Below are positions 29,505-39,316 of a stretch of 64,000 bases of DNA, one piece after another (position 1 is the stretch's first letter; each line of letters opens with the position of its first letter). The translations under genes and the position numbers were made by a program. The stretch is from sequence record SRR22947727_447; one strand, written 5' to 3'. Under the pieces are notes generated by a model. It made no database searches. It saw only the letters and a program-made list of their open reading frames with translations, and was not told the origin of the DNA.

Positions 29505-31139
29505 CTATGATTCACCTAAAAAGGGGTATCTGTAATTTACAGGGGTAACAAAGGTTTCTTTAATGAGCCTTGGAGACACCCAACGCAATAAGTTCTGAGC
29601 AGAACCTGCTTTGTCATTCGTTCCAGATGCTCTTGCACCTCCAAAAGGTTGTTGGCCTACTACAGCCCCTGTTGGTTTGTCATTGATATAGAAGTTACCG
29701 GCGCAATTTTGAAGTGCTTCGGTGGCCTCTGTAATGGCGTAACGGTCTGTAGAGATCACTGCACCTGTCAATGCGTACTCAGAGGTAGCGTCTACTAATT
29801 TTAAAGTCTCCTTCCAAGCGGCGTCTTCATATACATAGACCGTGAGAACTGGACCGAAAAGTTCGGTTTCCATAGTCTTGTAATGTGGGTTTGTAGTTAA
29901 TATTACCGTAGGGGAAATAAAGTATCCTTTAGATTTGTCGTAGTCTCCTCCAATCACTACATCGGCATCGACATCGGCCTTGGCCTGATCAATATAAGAC
30001 GCTAACTTGTCAAAAGACCCTTCGTGAATGACCGCAGTCACAAAATTACCCATATCTTCTGGAGAACCCGGTGCTTTCATGCTCGCTACATCCTTTTTCA
30101 CAGAATCTAGCACTTCCTGAGCAATAGATTTTGGTAGATATGTTCTAGAAGCGGCGCTACATTTTTGGCCTTGAAATTCAAAAGCCCCTCTCACCATAGC
30201 GGTAGCTACTTGCTGAGGATTGGCTGTTGGGTGTGCGATAATAAAATCTTTACCCCCTGTTTCTCCTACAATTCTTGGATAGGTTTTATAGGTCTCTATT
30301 TGGTTTCCGATTTGTTTCCACAAGGCTTTAAACACTGAGGTAGATCCCGTGAAATGCAGTCCTGAAAAGTCAGGGCTTGCTAGTACAGTGTTAGAAACCA
30401 TTACAGGGTCTCCAAATACCACATTAATGACACCTGCGGGAAGTCCTGCTTCTGCAAACACATCTATAATCACCTTGGCAGAAAAGATTTGGCTGTCAGA
30501 TGGTTTCCAAACCACTACATTTCCCATCATGGCTGCACTCGCTGGAAGGTTTCCGGCAATAGCCGTAAAGTTAAACGGGGTAATGGCATAGACAAAGCCT
30601 TCTAATGGCCTGTATTCAACACGGTTCCAGATACCCTCTGCAGATTCTGGTTGCTGCTCGTAGATTTCTTGCATATAAGAGACATTGAATCTCAAGAAGT
30701 CTATAAACTCACAGGCTGCATCTATTTCAGCTTGGTGAATGGTTTTAGACTGCGCTATCATGGTAGCGGCATTAATTTTAGCCCTGTAGGGTCCCGCCAA
30801 TAATTCAGCTGCTTTTAAAAATATTGCGGCCCTTTGTTCCCATGGCATAGCAGCCCACTGGGTTCTAGCTTCAAGAGCAGTTTCAATGGCTTCTTGAACA
30901 TGTTTTTGTTCCCCTATATGGTACTGTCCCACAACGTGTTTATGGTCGTGTGGAGGCGTCATGTTTCTGGTGTTTCCAGTGCGCACCTCTTTTCCGTTTA
31001 TATACATAGGAACGTCTACCGTTCCATGGTAATAAGATTTGTACTGTGCTAAAACTGCTTCGCGCTCTGGTGATCCGGGAGCGAATGTTTTAATTGGTTC
31101 GTTGTATGCTACTGGTACTTGAAAAAAGCCTTTGCCCAT
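29505..31139 (-). CDS. pruA: L-glutamate gamma-semialdehyde (P5C) dehydrogenase
   Basis: QAEIDAACE.IDF.RFN, PFNFTAI, FTGST, GETGGKDF, GQKCSA, GQQPFGG.R.SGTNDKAG. Confidence 0.95.
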   Translation of the reverse strand: MGKGFFQVPVAYNEPIKTFAPGSPEREAVLAQYKSYYHGTVDVPMYINGKEVRTGNTRNMTPPHDHKHVVGQYHIGEQKHVQEAIETALEARTQWAAMPWEQRAAIFLKAAELLAGPYRAKINAATMIAQSKTIHQAEIDAACEFIDFLRFNVSYMQEIYEQQPESAEGIWNRVEYRPLEGFVYAITPFNFTAIAGNLPASAAMMGNVVVWKPSDSQIFSAKVIIDVFAEAGLPAGVINVVFGDPVMVSNTVLASPDFSGLHFTGSTSVFKALWKQIGNQIETYKTYPRIVGETGGKDFIIAHPTANPQQVATAMVRGAFEFQGQKCSAASRTYLPKSIAQEVLDSVKKDVASMKAPGSPEDMGNFVTAVIHEGSFDKLASYIDQAKADVDADVVIGGDYDKSKGYFISPTVILTTNPHYKTMETELFGPVLTVYVYEDAAWKETLKLVDATSEYALTGAVISTDRYAITEATEALQNCAGNFYINDKPTGAVVGQQPFGGARASGTNDKAGSAQNLLRWVSPRLIKETFVTPVNYRYPFLGES

Positions 31140-31174
31140 AGTGGTAATATTTTCTTTAAAATTTTAATCTTTTA

Positions 31175-31182
31175 CAAAAGTA
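31175..31182 (-). promoter_or_regulatory. Bacteroidota -7 element (TACTTTTG) for pruA
   Basis: Exact TAnnTTTG match. Confidence 0.55.
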
Positions 31183-31324
31183 CAAATAATATGAAGCCTA
31201 AAAAATTGCAACCACTCTCATGTGAACTTCTTTAAGCCCACACTGGACACTTATTGGTTGGGTGTCTTAATATTTGGATTGTGGCTGTTTTGAGCAAGGA
31301 AGTACAGTACAGCAAAACCTTTAA

Positions 31325-32632
31325 TTATTGGTCGTTAATATTCATGGAGTTTGCACTGCCAATACCAACCAACCTTTGGTGTTGGTCCAAAAATCCCTTG
31401 AAGTAGACAAGTATTTGGTATTGGTTTTCAGTGAAATGAAAATTTCCGTCAATACCGTTTTCGTCTAAATATGTCTCGTTTTCAAGAGAGGTGTCTGAAA
31501 AACCAGTTTCATAAAGAACAGGGCTCAACGCATAACTGTAGTTATAAAAACCTTGTTTGAATAAAATTCGTGCCTGATACATTTTCTGAGTGGCATTGTA
31601 GGTCATTAAGTATTCTGGACTAGGCGTATAGTTGTTGAATTTCCCCAATACATAAATATAGGTCTCTGAATTGCCTTTGCCATTAGGTTTTAAACTAAAA
31701 TGAACCCAGGTATAATCTCCTTCTCTTTCAGGGAGTGCGCCTTGAAGCGTTCTAGGTATGAAGTCTCCATTTACATCTGGAAAATAGGTGTAGGGTTTAT
31801 TGTTTCTTGGGGTGTTGGGGTACAAATAATGCTCGTATATATCTTCTAGACGGACTTCTTGAATGGCTGCAGTCGCAGCCCTCATGTCTTTGGTGTCAAA
31901 ATTCAAGTACTCATTTCCACCCCAAAAGCTGGTGGGTTGGTCGTAGTCGTACACCAGTGTGTTTCCATTGTTAAACATGGGTTGGATCCCACTTATCTGG
32001 GTATTCCATTGGTAGTTTTTGAGTAAAACTATTTCCAGTTCTTTGGCAGGTTGGTTGAGGTTTATATTTTGAGTGTTTACGCTAAACTGTAACACCTGTT
32101 TGCTATTGAGGTAGGCTAAAGTCCTACTCCTTTTAATGGCTGCTTGGACCCCAACTAGGTCTTCGTACACTAAAAACCTTCTGGAGAATTGAATCTCATC
32201 GTAAGTGTTAAATACTTGTAGCATATAGTTTCCAGACAACTTTAGGCGCAGGTTTTCATTTGGGATAACTAAGTTAAAGTGGGAATAGGGCACTAGAGTA
32301 TTATAGCTATTTTTGTGATCTATTATGCGCTGGTTGTCTAAGCCATCTAAGTATTGTGATTTTAATAAATCAGAAGGCGTCCATTGTGCGGTGCAGTGTA
32401 TGATTTTAAAGTAGTAGTCTTCTTCATTCGCCTGAAGATCGTCGAATTGTAAGCGAATGCTTTCCCCCAGTTTTATGATGGGAAATTGGTCTTCTTGACC
32501 ACTTTTAAAAATAAGGGTCCTCAGTGAGGCTGGAGGACTGACTTCTTCCAATCTTTGGGCTGTTAATTGTAAGCAAAACCCCAAGAGAGACATGGAGAGC
32601 AAAAATTTAAAATGTTTAATTAAATCAGGCAT
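31325..32632 (-). CDS. DUF5103 domain protein (T9SS plug-like family)
   Basis: Signal peptide; L.FDDL, Y.I.HC...W..S.L, S.NT...YSH, SGNY, F.GGNEY..FD.K, KQGFYNY.Y, TEN.Y. Confidence 0.8.
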   Translation of the reverse strand: MPDLIKHFKFLLSMSLLGFCLQLTAQRLEEVSPPASLRTLIFKSGQEDQFPIIKLGESIRLQFDDLQANEEDYYFKIIHCTAQWTPSDLLKSQYLDGLDNQRIIDHKNSYNTLVPYSHFNLVIPNENLRLKLSGNYMLQVFNTYDEIQFSRRFLVYEDLVGVQAAIKRSRTLAYLNSKQVLQFSVNTQNINLNQPAKELEIVLLKNYQWNTQISGIQPMFNNGNTLVYDYDQPTSFWGGNEYLNFDTKDMRAATAAIQEVRLEDIYEHYLYPNTPRNNKPYTYFPDVNGDFIPRTLQGALPEREGDYTWVHFSLKPNGKGNSETYIYVLGKFNNYTPSPEYLMTYNATQKMYQARILFKQGFYNYSYALSPVLYETGFSDTSLENETYLDENGIDGNFHFTENQYQILVYFKGFLDQHQRLVGIGSANSMNINDQ

Positions 32633-32742
32633 TTAGCGGGTATTTTGTGGTTTAAAGATAAACAAAATAGGTCTTTTTAAAACCCGTTGAACGAATCTCT
32701 TAAATTTATCATTAATTATTATGAAAACTTTTCTTTATGTGG

Positions 32743-32750
32743 TAAATTTG
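32743..32750 (+). promoter_or_regulatory. Bacteroidota -7 element (TAAATTTG) for the nqr operon
   Basis: Exact TAnnTTTG match 35 nt upstream of nqrA. Confidence 0.6.
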
Positions 32751-32785
32751 CGCTGAATTTTTATTAACCTAAGGTTATTGAACAT

Positions 32786-34135
32786 ATGTCTAAAGACATC
32801 CGAATTAAGAAAGGATTGGATATTAAATTGGTAGGTGCTGCTAAGGCGCAAACCAATCCAACCAAGTTAAGTGCAACATATAAGGTTTCATTAGAAGATT
32901 TTCACGGTTTAACACCCAAATTAATTGTTAAAGAAGGCGGTGAGGTTCAAGCTGGAGGGCCGTTGTTTTTCGATAAAAACAACGAAGCCGTTAAAGTAGT
33001 TTCTCCTGTGAGTGGTGTGCTTACTACTGTAGAGCGCGGTGCTAGAAGAAGGATCATTTCTTTGACCATAACTCCTGGAGCAGACCAGACGCCTGTAACG
33101 CACCCTGTTTTAGATCTTTCTAAGGTATCTTCAGAAGAAATTAAAAGTTATTTACTGGCCAGTGGTTTTTGGCCTTTTGTAAAGCAAAGACCATACGATA
33201 TAGTGGCAGACCCATTACAAGCACCAAAAGCTATTTTTATCTCTGCCCATAACACAGCCCCACTAGCAGCAGATTTGGATTATGTGCTTTCAGGTCAAGA
33301 GGTTTTGTTACAAAAGGCAGTAACTGCTTTAGCCGCCTTAACAACAGCTAAAGTTCATGTGTCCGTTTCTGGAAACAACGCCCCAATGGCAGGTCTTAAG
33401 GATTGTGAGGTACATGTGGTATCTGGTCCACACCCAGCAGGTTTGGTGGGTACTCAGATCAACAAAATTGATCCTATTAATAAAGGAGAAGTAGTATGGA
33501 CGTTAGCTGCTCAGGACTTATTGATTTTAGGGAATCTTTTAGAAACAGGTGTTTTTAATGCCTCTAGAACGTTCTCTCTAGGTGGTTCAGTAATAGAAAA
33601 CCCACAATATTTCTCCGCACTTATTGGTGCAGAGTTGGCCCCGATATTAAAAAGTGCTGGAACCACTATAGATAATTATAGGTTGATAAACGGAGACGTA
33701 CTCACTGGAAAGACGAGTAGTGCAGACGGGCATTTGGGTTATAAGAATAACAGTGTGGTAGCGCTTCCAGAGGGAGATGATTATGAGTTTTTTGGATGGA
33801 ACAAACCAGTTTTTAATAAGGTGTCTACCACAAGAGCATTGACATTCTCTTGGTTGTTTCCAAAGAAAAAATACGATTTAGACACTAACACCAATGGGGA
33901 GCACAGGGCTTTTGTTGTGACCGGAGGTTATGAAGAAGTATTTCCTTTAGATATTTATCCCTTACAACTTTTAAAGGCCTGTATGGTGAAAGATTTGGAT
34001 GAAATGGAAAACTTAGGTTTGTATGAGGTGGCACCAGAGGACTTTGCCTTGACTGAGTTTGTGTGTATATCGAAACAACCGCACCAACAAATTATTAGAG
34101 AAGGATTGGACTTTTTACAAAAAGAAATAGGTTAA
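32786..34135 (+). CDS. nqrA: Na+-translocating NADH:quinone reductase subunit A
   Basis: IKKGLDI, GPHPAG.VG, EVAPEDFAL.EFVC.SK; first of six nqr genes. Confidence 0.96.
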   Translation: MSKDIRIKKGLDIKLVGAAKAQTNPTKLSATYKVSLEDFHGLTPKLIVKEGGEVQAGGPLFFDKNNEAVKVVSPVSGVLTTVERGARRRIISLTITPGADQTPVTHPVLDLSKVSSEEIKSYLLASGFWPFVKQRPYDIVADPLQAPKAIFISAHNTAPLAADLDYVLSGQEVLLQKAVTALAALTTAKVHVSVSGNNAPMAGLKDCEVHVVSGPHPAGLVGTQINKIDPINKGEVVWTLAAQDLLILGNLLETGVFNASRTFSLGGSVIENPQYFSALIGAELAPILKSAGTTIDNYRLINGDVLTGKTSSADGHLGYKNNSVVALPEGDDYEFFGWNKPVFNKVSTTRALTFSWLFPKKKYDLDTNTNGEHRAFVVTGGYEEVFPLDIYPLQLLKACMVKDLDEMENLGLYEVAPEDFALTEFVCISKQPHQQIIREGLDFLQKEIG

Positions 34136-34136
34136 T

Positions 34137-35378
34137 ATGAGCTTTAAGAACAAATTACACGAAATTAAAGAGCAATTAAAAGGAAAGAAGGTTGCTCCAG
34201 CGTTTAATGCATTGCATACTTTCTTGTATACCCCTAATGAAACCACCCATTCTGGTGGCCATATTAGGGTTGCAGATGATTTAAAGAGAACCATGAATAC
34301 GGTCATAACAGCCCTTATTCCTGTGTTGATTTTTGGAATGTTCAATGCGGGTTACCAACATTATTCGGCGGTTGACGCTGCAAACGGTACCCCAAGAACA
34401 CTAGATATTTTAGGTAATTTCCTCACTTTTGACAATTTTTGGATGGGCGCCTTAACCGTTCTTCCTTTAGTGGTGGTGTCTTATGGAGTAGGTCTAGCTG
34501 TAGAATTTGTTTTCGCTGTGATTAAAGGTCATGAGGTAGAAGAAGGATACCTAGTAACTGGAATGTTAGTGCCGTTAATTGTACCAGTAGACACTCCTTT
34601 ATGGATGTTAGCCGTAGCAGTGGTATTTGGTGTAGTGATAGGAAAAGAAGTATTTGGTGGAACTGGAATGAATATTCTAAATCCAGCCTTAACGATCAGG
34701 GCTTTCTTGTTCTTTGCATATCCTACTTGGATGAGTGGAGACAAAGTTTGGGTGCACGAAGCAGTAGAAAGGGCTGGAACTGTAGACGCTATTTCAGGAG
34801 AAACCATTTTGGGGTATTTGGCTCAGGGAAGGGGATCTGAATACAGTTATTCTATCTCTGAAATGTTCTTTGGTTTTATTCCAGGTTCTGTTGGAGAAAC
34901 CTCTACTTTCCTCATCTTGTTAGGCGGTCTTTTCTTAGTTTTTACTAAGATTGCCAGCTGGAGGATTATGTTAAGTGCCATTTTGGGTGCACTGACTATG
35001 GGATTGATTTTTAACGGGGTAGTAGACGCAGGATGGATCACTGAAAGCAGTAAATTTTACGGATTAATGAGCTTTGCTTTTTGGCAGCACTTAATTGTGG
35101 GTGGTTTGGCCTTTGGTATTGTTTATATGGCTACAGATCCGGTGACTGGTTCTCAAACAAATAAAGGAAAATGGTATTACGGATTCTTTATTGGGTTTAT
35201 CTCTGTGCTCATCAGGGTATTTAACCCAGCCTATCCAGAAGGCGTGTTCTTAGCCATTCTATTAATGAATGTATTTGCACCTACTATTGACCATTATGTG
35301 GTTCAAGGAAATATTAAAAAACGTTTAAAGCGCGCTAAAAATGGTGTCCTTAAAACATTAAATGTAGAAACAGTTTAG
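34137..35378 (+). CDS. nqrB: Na+-NQR subunit B
   Basis: DLKRTM, KEVFGGTG.N.LNPAL, SGET FMN-attachment site, GSVGETS, MATDPV. Confidence 0.96.
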   Translation: MSFKNKLHEIKEQLKGKKVAPAFNALHTFLYTPNETTHSGGHIRVADDLKRTMNTVITALIPVLIFGMFNAGYQHYSAVDAANGTPRTLDILGNFLTFDNFWMGALTVLPLVVVSYGVGLAVEFVFAVIKGHEVEEGYLVTGMLVPLIVPVDTPLWMLAVAVVFGVVIGKEVFGGTGMNILNPALTIRAFLFFAYPTWMSGDKVWVHEAVERAGTVDAISGETILGYLAQGRGSEYSYSISEMFFGFIPGSVGETSTFLILLGGLFLVFTKIASWRIMLSAILGALTMGLIFNGVVDAGWITESSKFYGLMSFAFWQHLIVGGLAFGIVYMATDPVTGSQTNKGKWYYGFFIGFISVLIRVFNPAYPEGVFLAILLMNVFAPTIDHYVVQGNIKKRLKRAKNGVLKTLNVETV

Positions 35379-35380
35379 TT

Positions 35381-36130
35381 ATGGCAATTAATACAGATAA
35401 AAATACATACACGATTGCTTTTGCTGCTGTGATGGTAGTAATTGTAGGGGCGTTATTGGCCTTTTTGGCATCGGCGTTAAGCGCCAAAATCAGTGAAAAT
35501 GAGCGTTTGGAGAAGCAACAAAACATTCTCTATGCCATGGGTGTGAACGAGAACGAAGGTTCAGGTTCTGTTTCCTTTATTGGTACAGATAAAGTAGCTG
35601 AGGCATTTAATACCTATATTAAGGATCAGTTGGTTTTAGAAGGAGATAAGGTTACTTCCAATGACGCTGCATACCTGATAGATCTCAAAAAAGAAGAGAG
35701 CAATGCAAAGGCTGGTAAGACCAGAAGATTACCTGTTTTTGTTGGTGAAAAAGACAACAAGGAATTTTATATTATTCCTATGAGAGGTAAAGGACTGTGG
35801 GACGCCATTTGGGGTTTTGTTGCTGTAGATAAGAATATGATTGTTCAAGGCGTATATTTTGACCATAAAGGAGAAACACCTGGATTGGGTGCCAATATTA
35901 AGCAGCGTTATTTCATGGATGATTTTATTGGAGAGTCTATTTTAAACAACGGTAATTATGTTGGAATATCAGTGGCAAAGGGGAATAATGATCCAGCCAA
36001 TGAACTCAAAACAGACAACGAGGTAGACGCGCTTGCTGGTGCAACTATCACTGGAGACGGTGTTTCTGCAATGATCAAGCAAAGCATCTCACTGTACAAA
36101 CCTTTTTTACAAACCATAGCATCTAATTAA
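35381..36130 (+). CDS. nqrC: Na+-NQR subunit C
   Basis: G.GLW, ETPGLGA, VDALAGAT(IT) FMN-attachment motif. Confidence 0.96.
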   Translation: MAINTDKNTYTIAFAAVMVVIVGALLAFLASALSAKISENERLEKQQNILYAMGVNENEGSGSVSFIGTDKVAEAFNTYIKDQLVLEGDKVTSNDAAYLIDLKKEESNAKAGKTRRLPVFVGEKDNKEFYIIPMRGKGLWDAIWGFVAVDKNMIVQGVYFDHKGETPGLGANIKQRYFMDDFIGESILNNGNYVGISVAKGNNDPANELKTDNEVDALAGATITGDGVSAMIKQSISLYKPFLQTIASN

Positions 36131-36136
36131 TACAAC

Positions 36137-36784
36137 ATGGGAATTCTTTCAAAAAAAGACGCCGCTCTAATTCTAGATCCTTTAGCAGACAATAACCCTA
36201 TTACCATTCAGGTATTGGGAATATGTTCTGCTTTGGCTATCACCGCAGAATTAGAAGCGTCAATTGTAATGGCCGTATCGGTACTTTTTGTTATGGGAAT
36301 GGGAAATGTAGTGATCTCTTTAATGAGAAACATTATTCCATCTAAAATCAGAATTATTGTTCAATTGGTTGTAGTAGCTACCTTGGTAATTGTAGTAGAT
36401 CAAGTGCTAAAAGCCTTTGCCTATGAATTGAGTAAAACACTGTCGGTATTCGTTGGGCTTATTATCACAAACTGTATTATCATGGGACGTTTTGAAGCTT
36501 TTGCATTGGCCAATGGACCCAAACGATCTTTTTTAGACGGTATTGGAAATGCTGCTGGTTACGGATTTATCCTAGTAGTCATTGGTTTCTTCAGAGAACT
36601 ATTGGGCTCAGGAACACTATTGGGCATAAAAGTATTGGGAGATCCTATTGAAAAAACAGGATTATACGCATTTGGTTACGAGAACAACGGTTTTATGTTG
36701 TTGTCTCCAATGGCCCTAATCGTTGTAGGAATTATTATTTGGGTACAACGTTCAAGAAACCCTGCACTAATCGAAGAAAACTAA
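36137..36784 (+). CDS. nqrD: Na+-NQR subunit D
   Basis: NNPI..QVLGICSALA, GLIITNCIIMGR.EAFA. Confidence 0.96.
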   Translation: MGILSKKDAALILDPLADNNPITIQVLGICSALAITAELEASIVMAVSVLFVMGMGNVVISLMRNIIPSKIRIIVQLVVVATLVIVVDQVLKAFAYELSKTLSVFVGLIITNCIIMGRFEAFALANGPKRSFLDGIGNAAGYGFILVVIGFFRELLGSGTLLGIKVLGDPIEKTGLYAFGYENNGFMLLSPMALIVVGIIIWVQRSRNPALIEEN

Positions 36785-36803
36785 CAATTATACAGACTAG
36801 ATC

Positions 36804-37580
36804 ATGTTAGAACACATAGAATTATTTTTTAAGTCCATCTTTATTGACAATATGGTATTTGCTACATTCCTTGGGATGTGCTCTTACCTAGCGGTTTCCA
36901 AAAAAGTGACTACAGCAGTAGGACTTGGTGCAGCCGTAATATTTGTATTGGCCGTAACTGTTCCTCTGAACTGGCTATTGGATCAGTATCTTTTAAGAGA
37001 CGGTGCTTTAGCCTGGTTGGGGCCGGAATACGCAGATTATAATTTGAGCTTTTTATCTTTTATATTATTCATCGCAACCATAGCTACTATGGTACAATTG
37101 GTAGAAATAGTAGTAGAAAAATTCAGCCCTTCTCTATACAATTCCTTGGGAATTTTCTTACCTCTAATTGCGGTAAATTGTGCCATTCTTGGAGGATCCT
37201 TATTCATGCAATCTAGAGACATTCAAACCCTAGGATTGGCCTTTAACTACGGTTTGTCTTCTGGTATTGGTTGGTTTTTAGCCATCTTAGCCATTGCTGC
37301 CATTAGAGAGAAAATTAGGTATTCAAACGTACCTGCTCCACTGAGAGGTCTTGGAATTACTTTTATTATCACGGGTCTTATGGCCATTGGTTTTATGAGT
37401 TTTGGAGGAATGTTGACAGGAGGAGATGAAGCTGCACCACAAGAAGAAGTGGTTGCTGTAGCGCCTACTCAAGAAGTGTCTGGCCTTACGGCCGATGCCA
37501 CTCAGCAAGACCTTACCCAAAAAGAAAACGGAACAGTTCAGGAAGAAACGCCTGCTACTAATAACCCAATAAACAAATAA
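36804..37580 (+). CDS. nqrE: Na+-NQR subunit E with acidic C-terminal extension
   Basis: FLGMCSYLAVSK, LGIFLPLIAVNCAI, LRGLGITFI..GLMA. Confidence 0.96.
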   Translation: MLEHIELFFKSIFIDNMVFATFLGMCSYLAVSKKVTTAVGLGAAVIFVLAVTVPLNWLLDQYLLRDGALAWLGPEYADYNLSFLSFILFIATIATMVQLVEIVVEKFSPSLYNSLGIFLPLIAVNCAILGGSLFMQSRDIQTLGLAFNYGLSSGIGWFLAILAIAAIREKIRYSNVPAPLRGLGITFIITGLMAIGFMSFGGMLTGGDEAAPQEEVVAVAPTQEVSGLTADATQQDLTQKENGTVQEETPATNNPINK

Positions 37581-37582
37581 GT

Positions 37583-38890
37583 ATGATTTTAGCTACCACT
37601 ACCATAGGAACCATTAGCATTACTGTTGTTGCTTTTTTAGTACTCTTATTACTTTTGGTTAGTGTTTTATTGTTTACCAAAGAAAAATTATCACCATCTG
37701 GTCCTGTAACGATCACCATTAATGGAGAAAAGAAAATTGAAGTGGCCTCTGGAGGCACCTTATTGTCTACTCTAGGAAATCAAAAAGTATTCTTGCCTTC
37801 TGCCTGTGGAGGTGGAGGTACTTGTATTCAGTGCGAGTGTCATGTGAATTCTGGAGGGGGAGAAGCCCTACCTACCGAGACCCCTCATTTCTCTAAAAGA
37901 GAATTGACAGCTGGAGCTCGTTTGGCTTGCCAAGTGAAGGTGAAGCAAGACATGGATATAACCATCCCAGAAGAAGTTTTTGGTATTAAAAAATGGCCAG
38001 GAAAAGTAGTTAGAAACTACAATGTGGCTTCTTTTATTAAAGAATTTGTGGTAGAGATTCCAGAAGACATGAATTACAAGGCTGGTGGGTATATTCAAAT
38101 AGAAATTCCTGCCTGTGAGGTAAAATATGCAGACATAGACATTACTGCACACCCTGAGGAGCACGAGACTCCAGATAAATTCCAAGCGGAGTGGGATAAG
38201 TTTAACTTATGGCCACTAGTAATGAAAAATCCAGAGTTAGTGGAAAGAGCCTATTCAATGGCTTCATTCCCAGCAGAAGGTAGAGAAATTATGTTGAATG
38301 TTCGTATTGCTACTCCACCATGGGACAGGGCTAAAAACGGATGGATGGATGTTAATCCAGGAGTAGCCTCTTCTTATATTTTTGGTTTAAAACCAGGAGA
38401 CGACGTGGTGATTTCTGGACCTTACGGTGAATTCTTTATCAATGAATCAGATTCTGAAATGCTTTATGTAGGTGGTGGAGCAGGAATGGCTCCTATGCGT
38501 TCGCATTTATACCACTTATTCAAAACATTAAAGACCAATAGAAAGGTGACTTACTGGTATGGAGGTCGTTCTAAAAGAGAATTATTCTATATTGATCACT
38601 TTAAAAAATTAGAAGCTGAATTTCCAAATTTCAAGTTTTATATGGCGCTTTCGGAGCCCATGGAGGAAGACAATTGGAAAGTAAAAGGAGATATAGATGC
38701 AGATGGAGACGGATTTGTTGGATTCATCCACAATTGTGTGATTGACCAGTATTTGAGTAATCACGAATCTCCTGAAGATATTGAATTGTATTTCTGTGGC
38801 CCACCACTCATGAACCAAGCGGTTCAAAAGATGGGTGAAGACTACGGAATTCCAGACGAGCATATTCGCTTTGATGATTTTGGAGGTTAA
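37583..38890 (+). CDS. nqrF: Na+-NQR subunit F
   Basis: SACGGGGTC.QC 2Fe-2S, RLACQV, RAYSMA, GGGAGMAP, CGPP, C-terminal DDFGG. Confidence 0.97.
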   Translation: MILATTTIGTISITVVAFLVLLLLLVSVLLFTKEKLSPSGPVTITINGEKKIEVASGGTLLSTLGNQKVFLPSACGGGGTCIQCECHVNSGGGEALPTETPHFSKRELTAGARLACQVKVKQDMDITIPEEVFGIKKWPGKVVRNYNVASFIKEFVVEIPEDMNYKAGGYIQIEIPACEVKYADIDITAHPEEHETPDKFQAEWDKFNLWPLVMKNPELVERAYSMASFPAEGREIMLNVRIATPPWDRAKNGWMDVNPGVASSYIFGLKPGDDVVISGPYGEFFINESDSEMLYVGGGAGMAPMRSHLYHLFKTLKTNRKVTYWYGGRSKRELFYIDHFKKLEAEFPNFKFYMALSEPMEEDNWKVKGDIDADGDGFVGFIHNCVIDQYLSNHESPEDIELYFCGPPLMNQAVQKMGEDYGIPDEHIRFDDFGG

Positions 38891-38900
38891 ACCTTTTTAT

Positions 38901-38930
38901 AAAAGCCGATACTCGTATCGGCTTTTTTTT
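38901..38930 (+). terminator. Intrinsic terminator after nqrF
   Basis: AAAAGCCGATAC-tc-GTATCGGC followed by T8. Confidence 0.88.
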
Positions 38931-38947
38931 ACCCTTAACACTAATCT

Positions 38948-39316
38948 ATGACGCCCTTAAGCCCACAAGAATTACACAACTTAGCCATGAACATCGTGGG
39001 TAAGTCTCTTGAAGAATCCGGTTATGAGTTTATGGCAGTAAACAGCCAGCTTAAAAAACACCCTCAGTTCGTGTGTCTTAAAGACAAAGTGCTTCACTTT
39101 ATTTTGGTACGTGCGGTAGTATATCCAGATAATCCCCATGAAATGGATGCTGAGACTGCTGCTAAAATGAAAGCCCACGCAGATAAATTTGAAGCCCATA
39201 CCTATTATGCAGGAGTGGGTTTACACAATATTGAAGACCCTAGCTTACCTTTGTATTTAAACGCCCCCTATACGGTAACCTATGCGGGCCTAATTCCAGT
39301 ATCTGATGAAAAATAG
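38948..39316 (+). CDS. Conserved hypothetical protein between nqrF and apbE
   Basis: 122-aa ORF with ATG and normal codon use; overlaps the apbE start by 11 nt; no NqrF cofactor motifs. Confidence 0.8.
   Translation: MTPLSPQELHNLAMNIVGKSLEESGYEFMAVNSQLKKHPQFVCLKDKVLHFILVRAVVYPDNPHEMDAETAAKMKAHADKFEAHTYYAGVGLHNIEDPSLPLYLNAPYTVTYAGLIPVSDEK

Noticed and set aside
38948..39316. Calling this ORF an extra NqrF or NqrM
   Set aside because: No 2Fe-2S, FAD or NADH motifs, no TM helix and no Cys cluster
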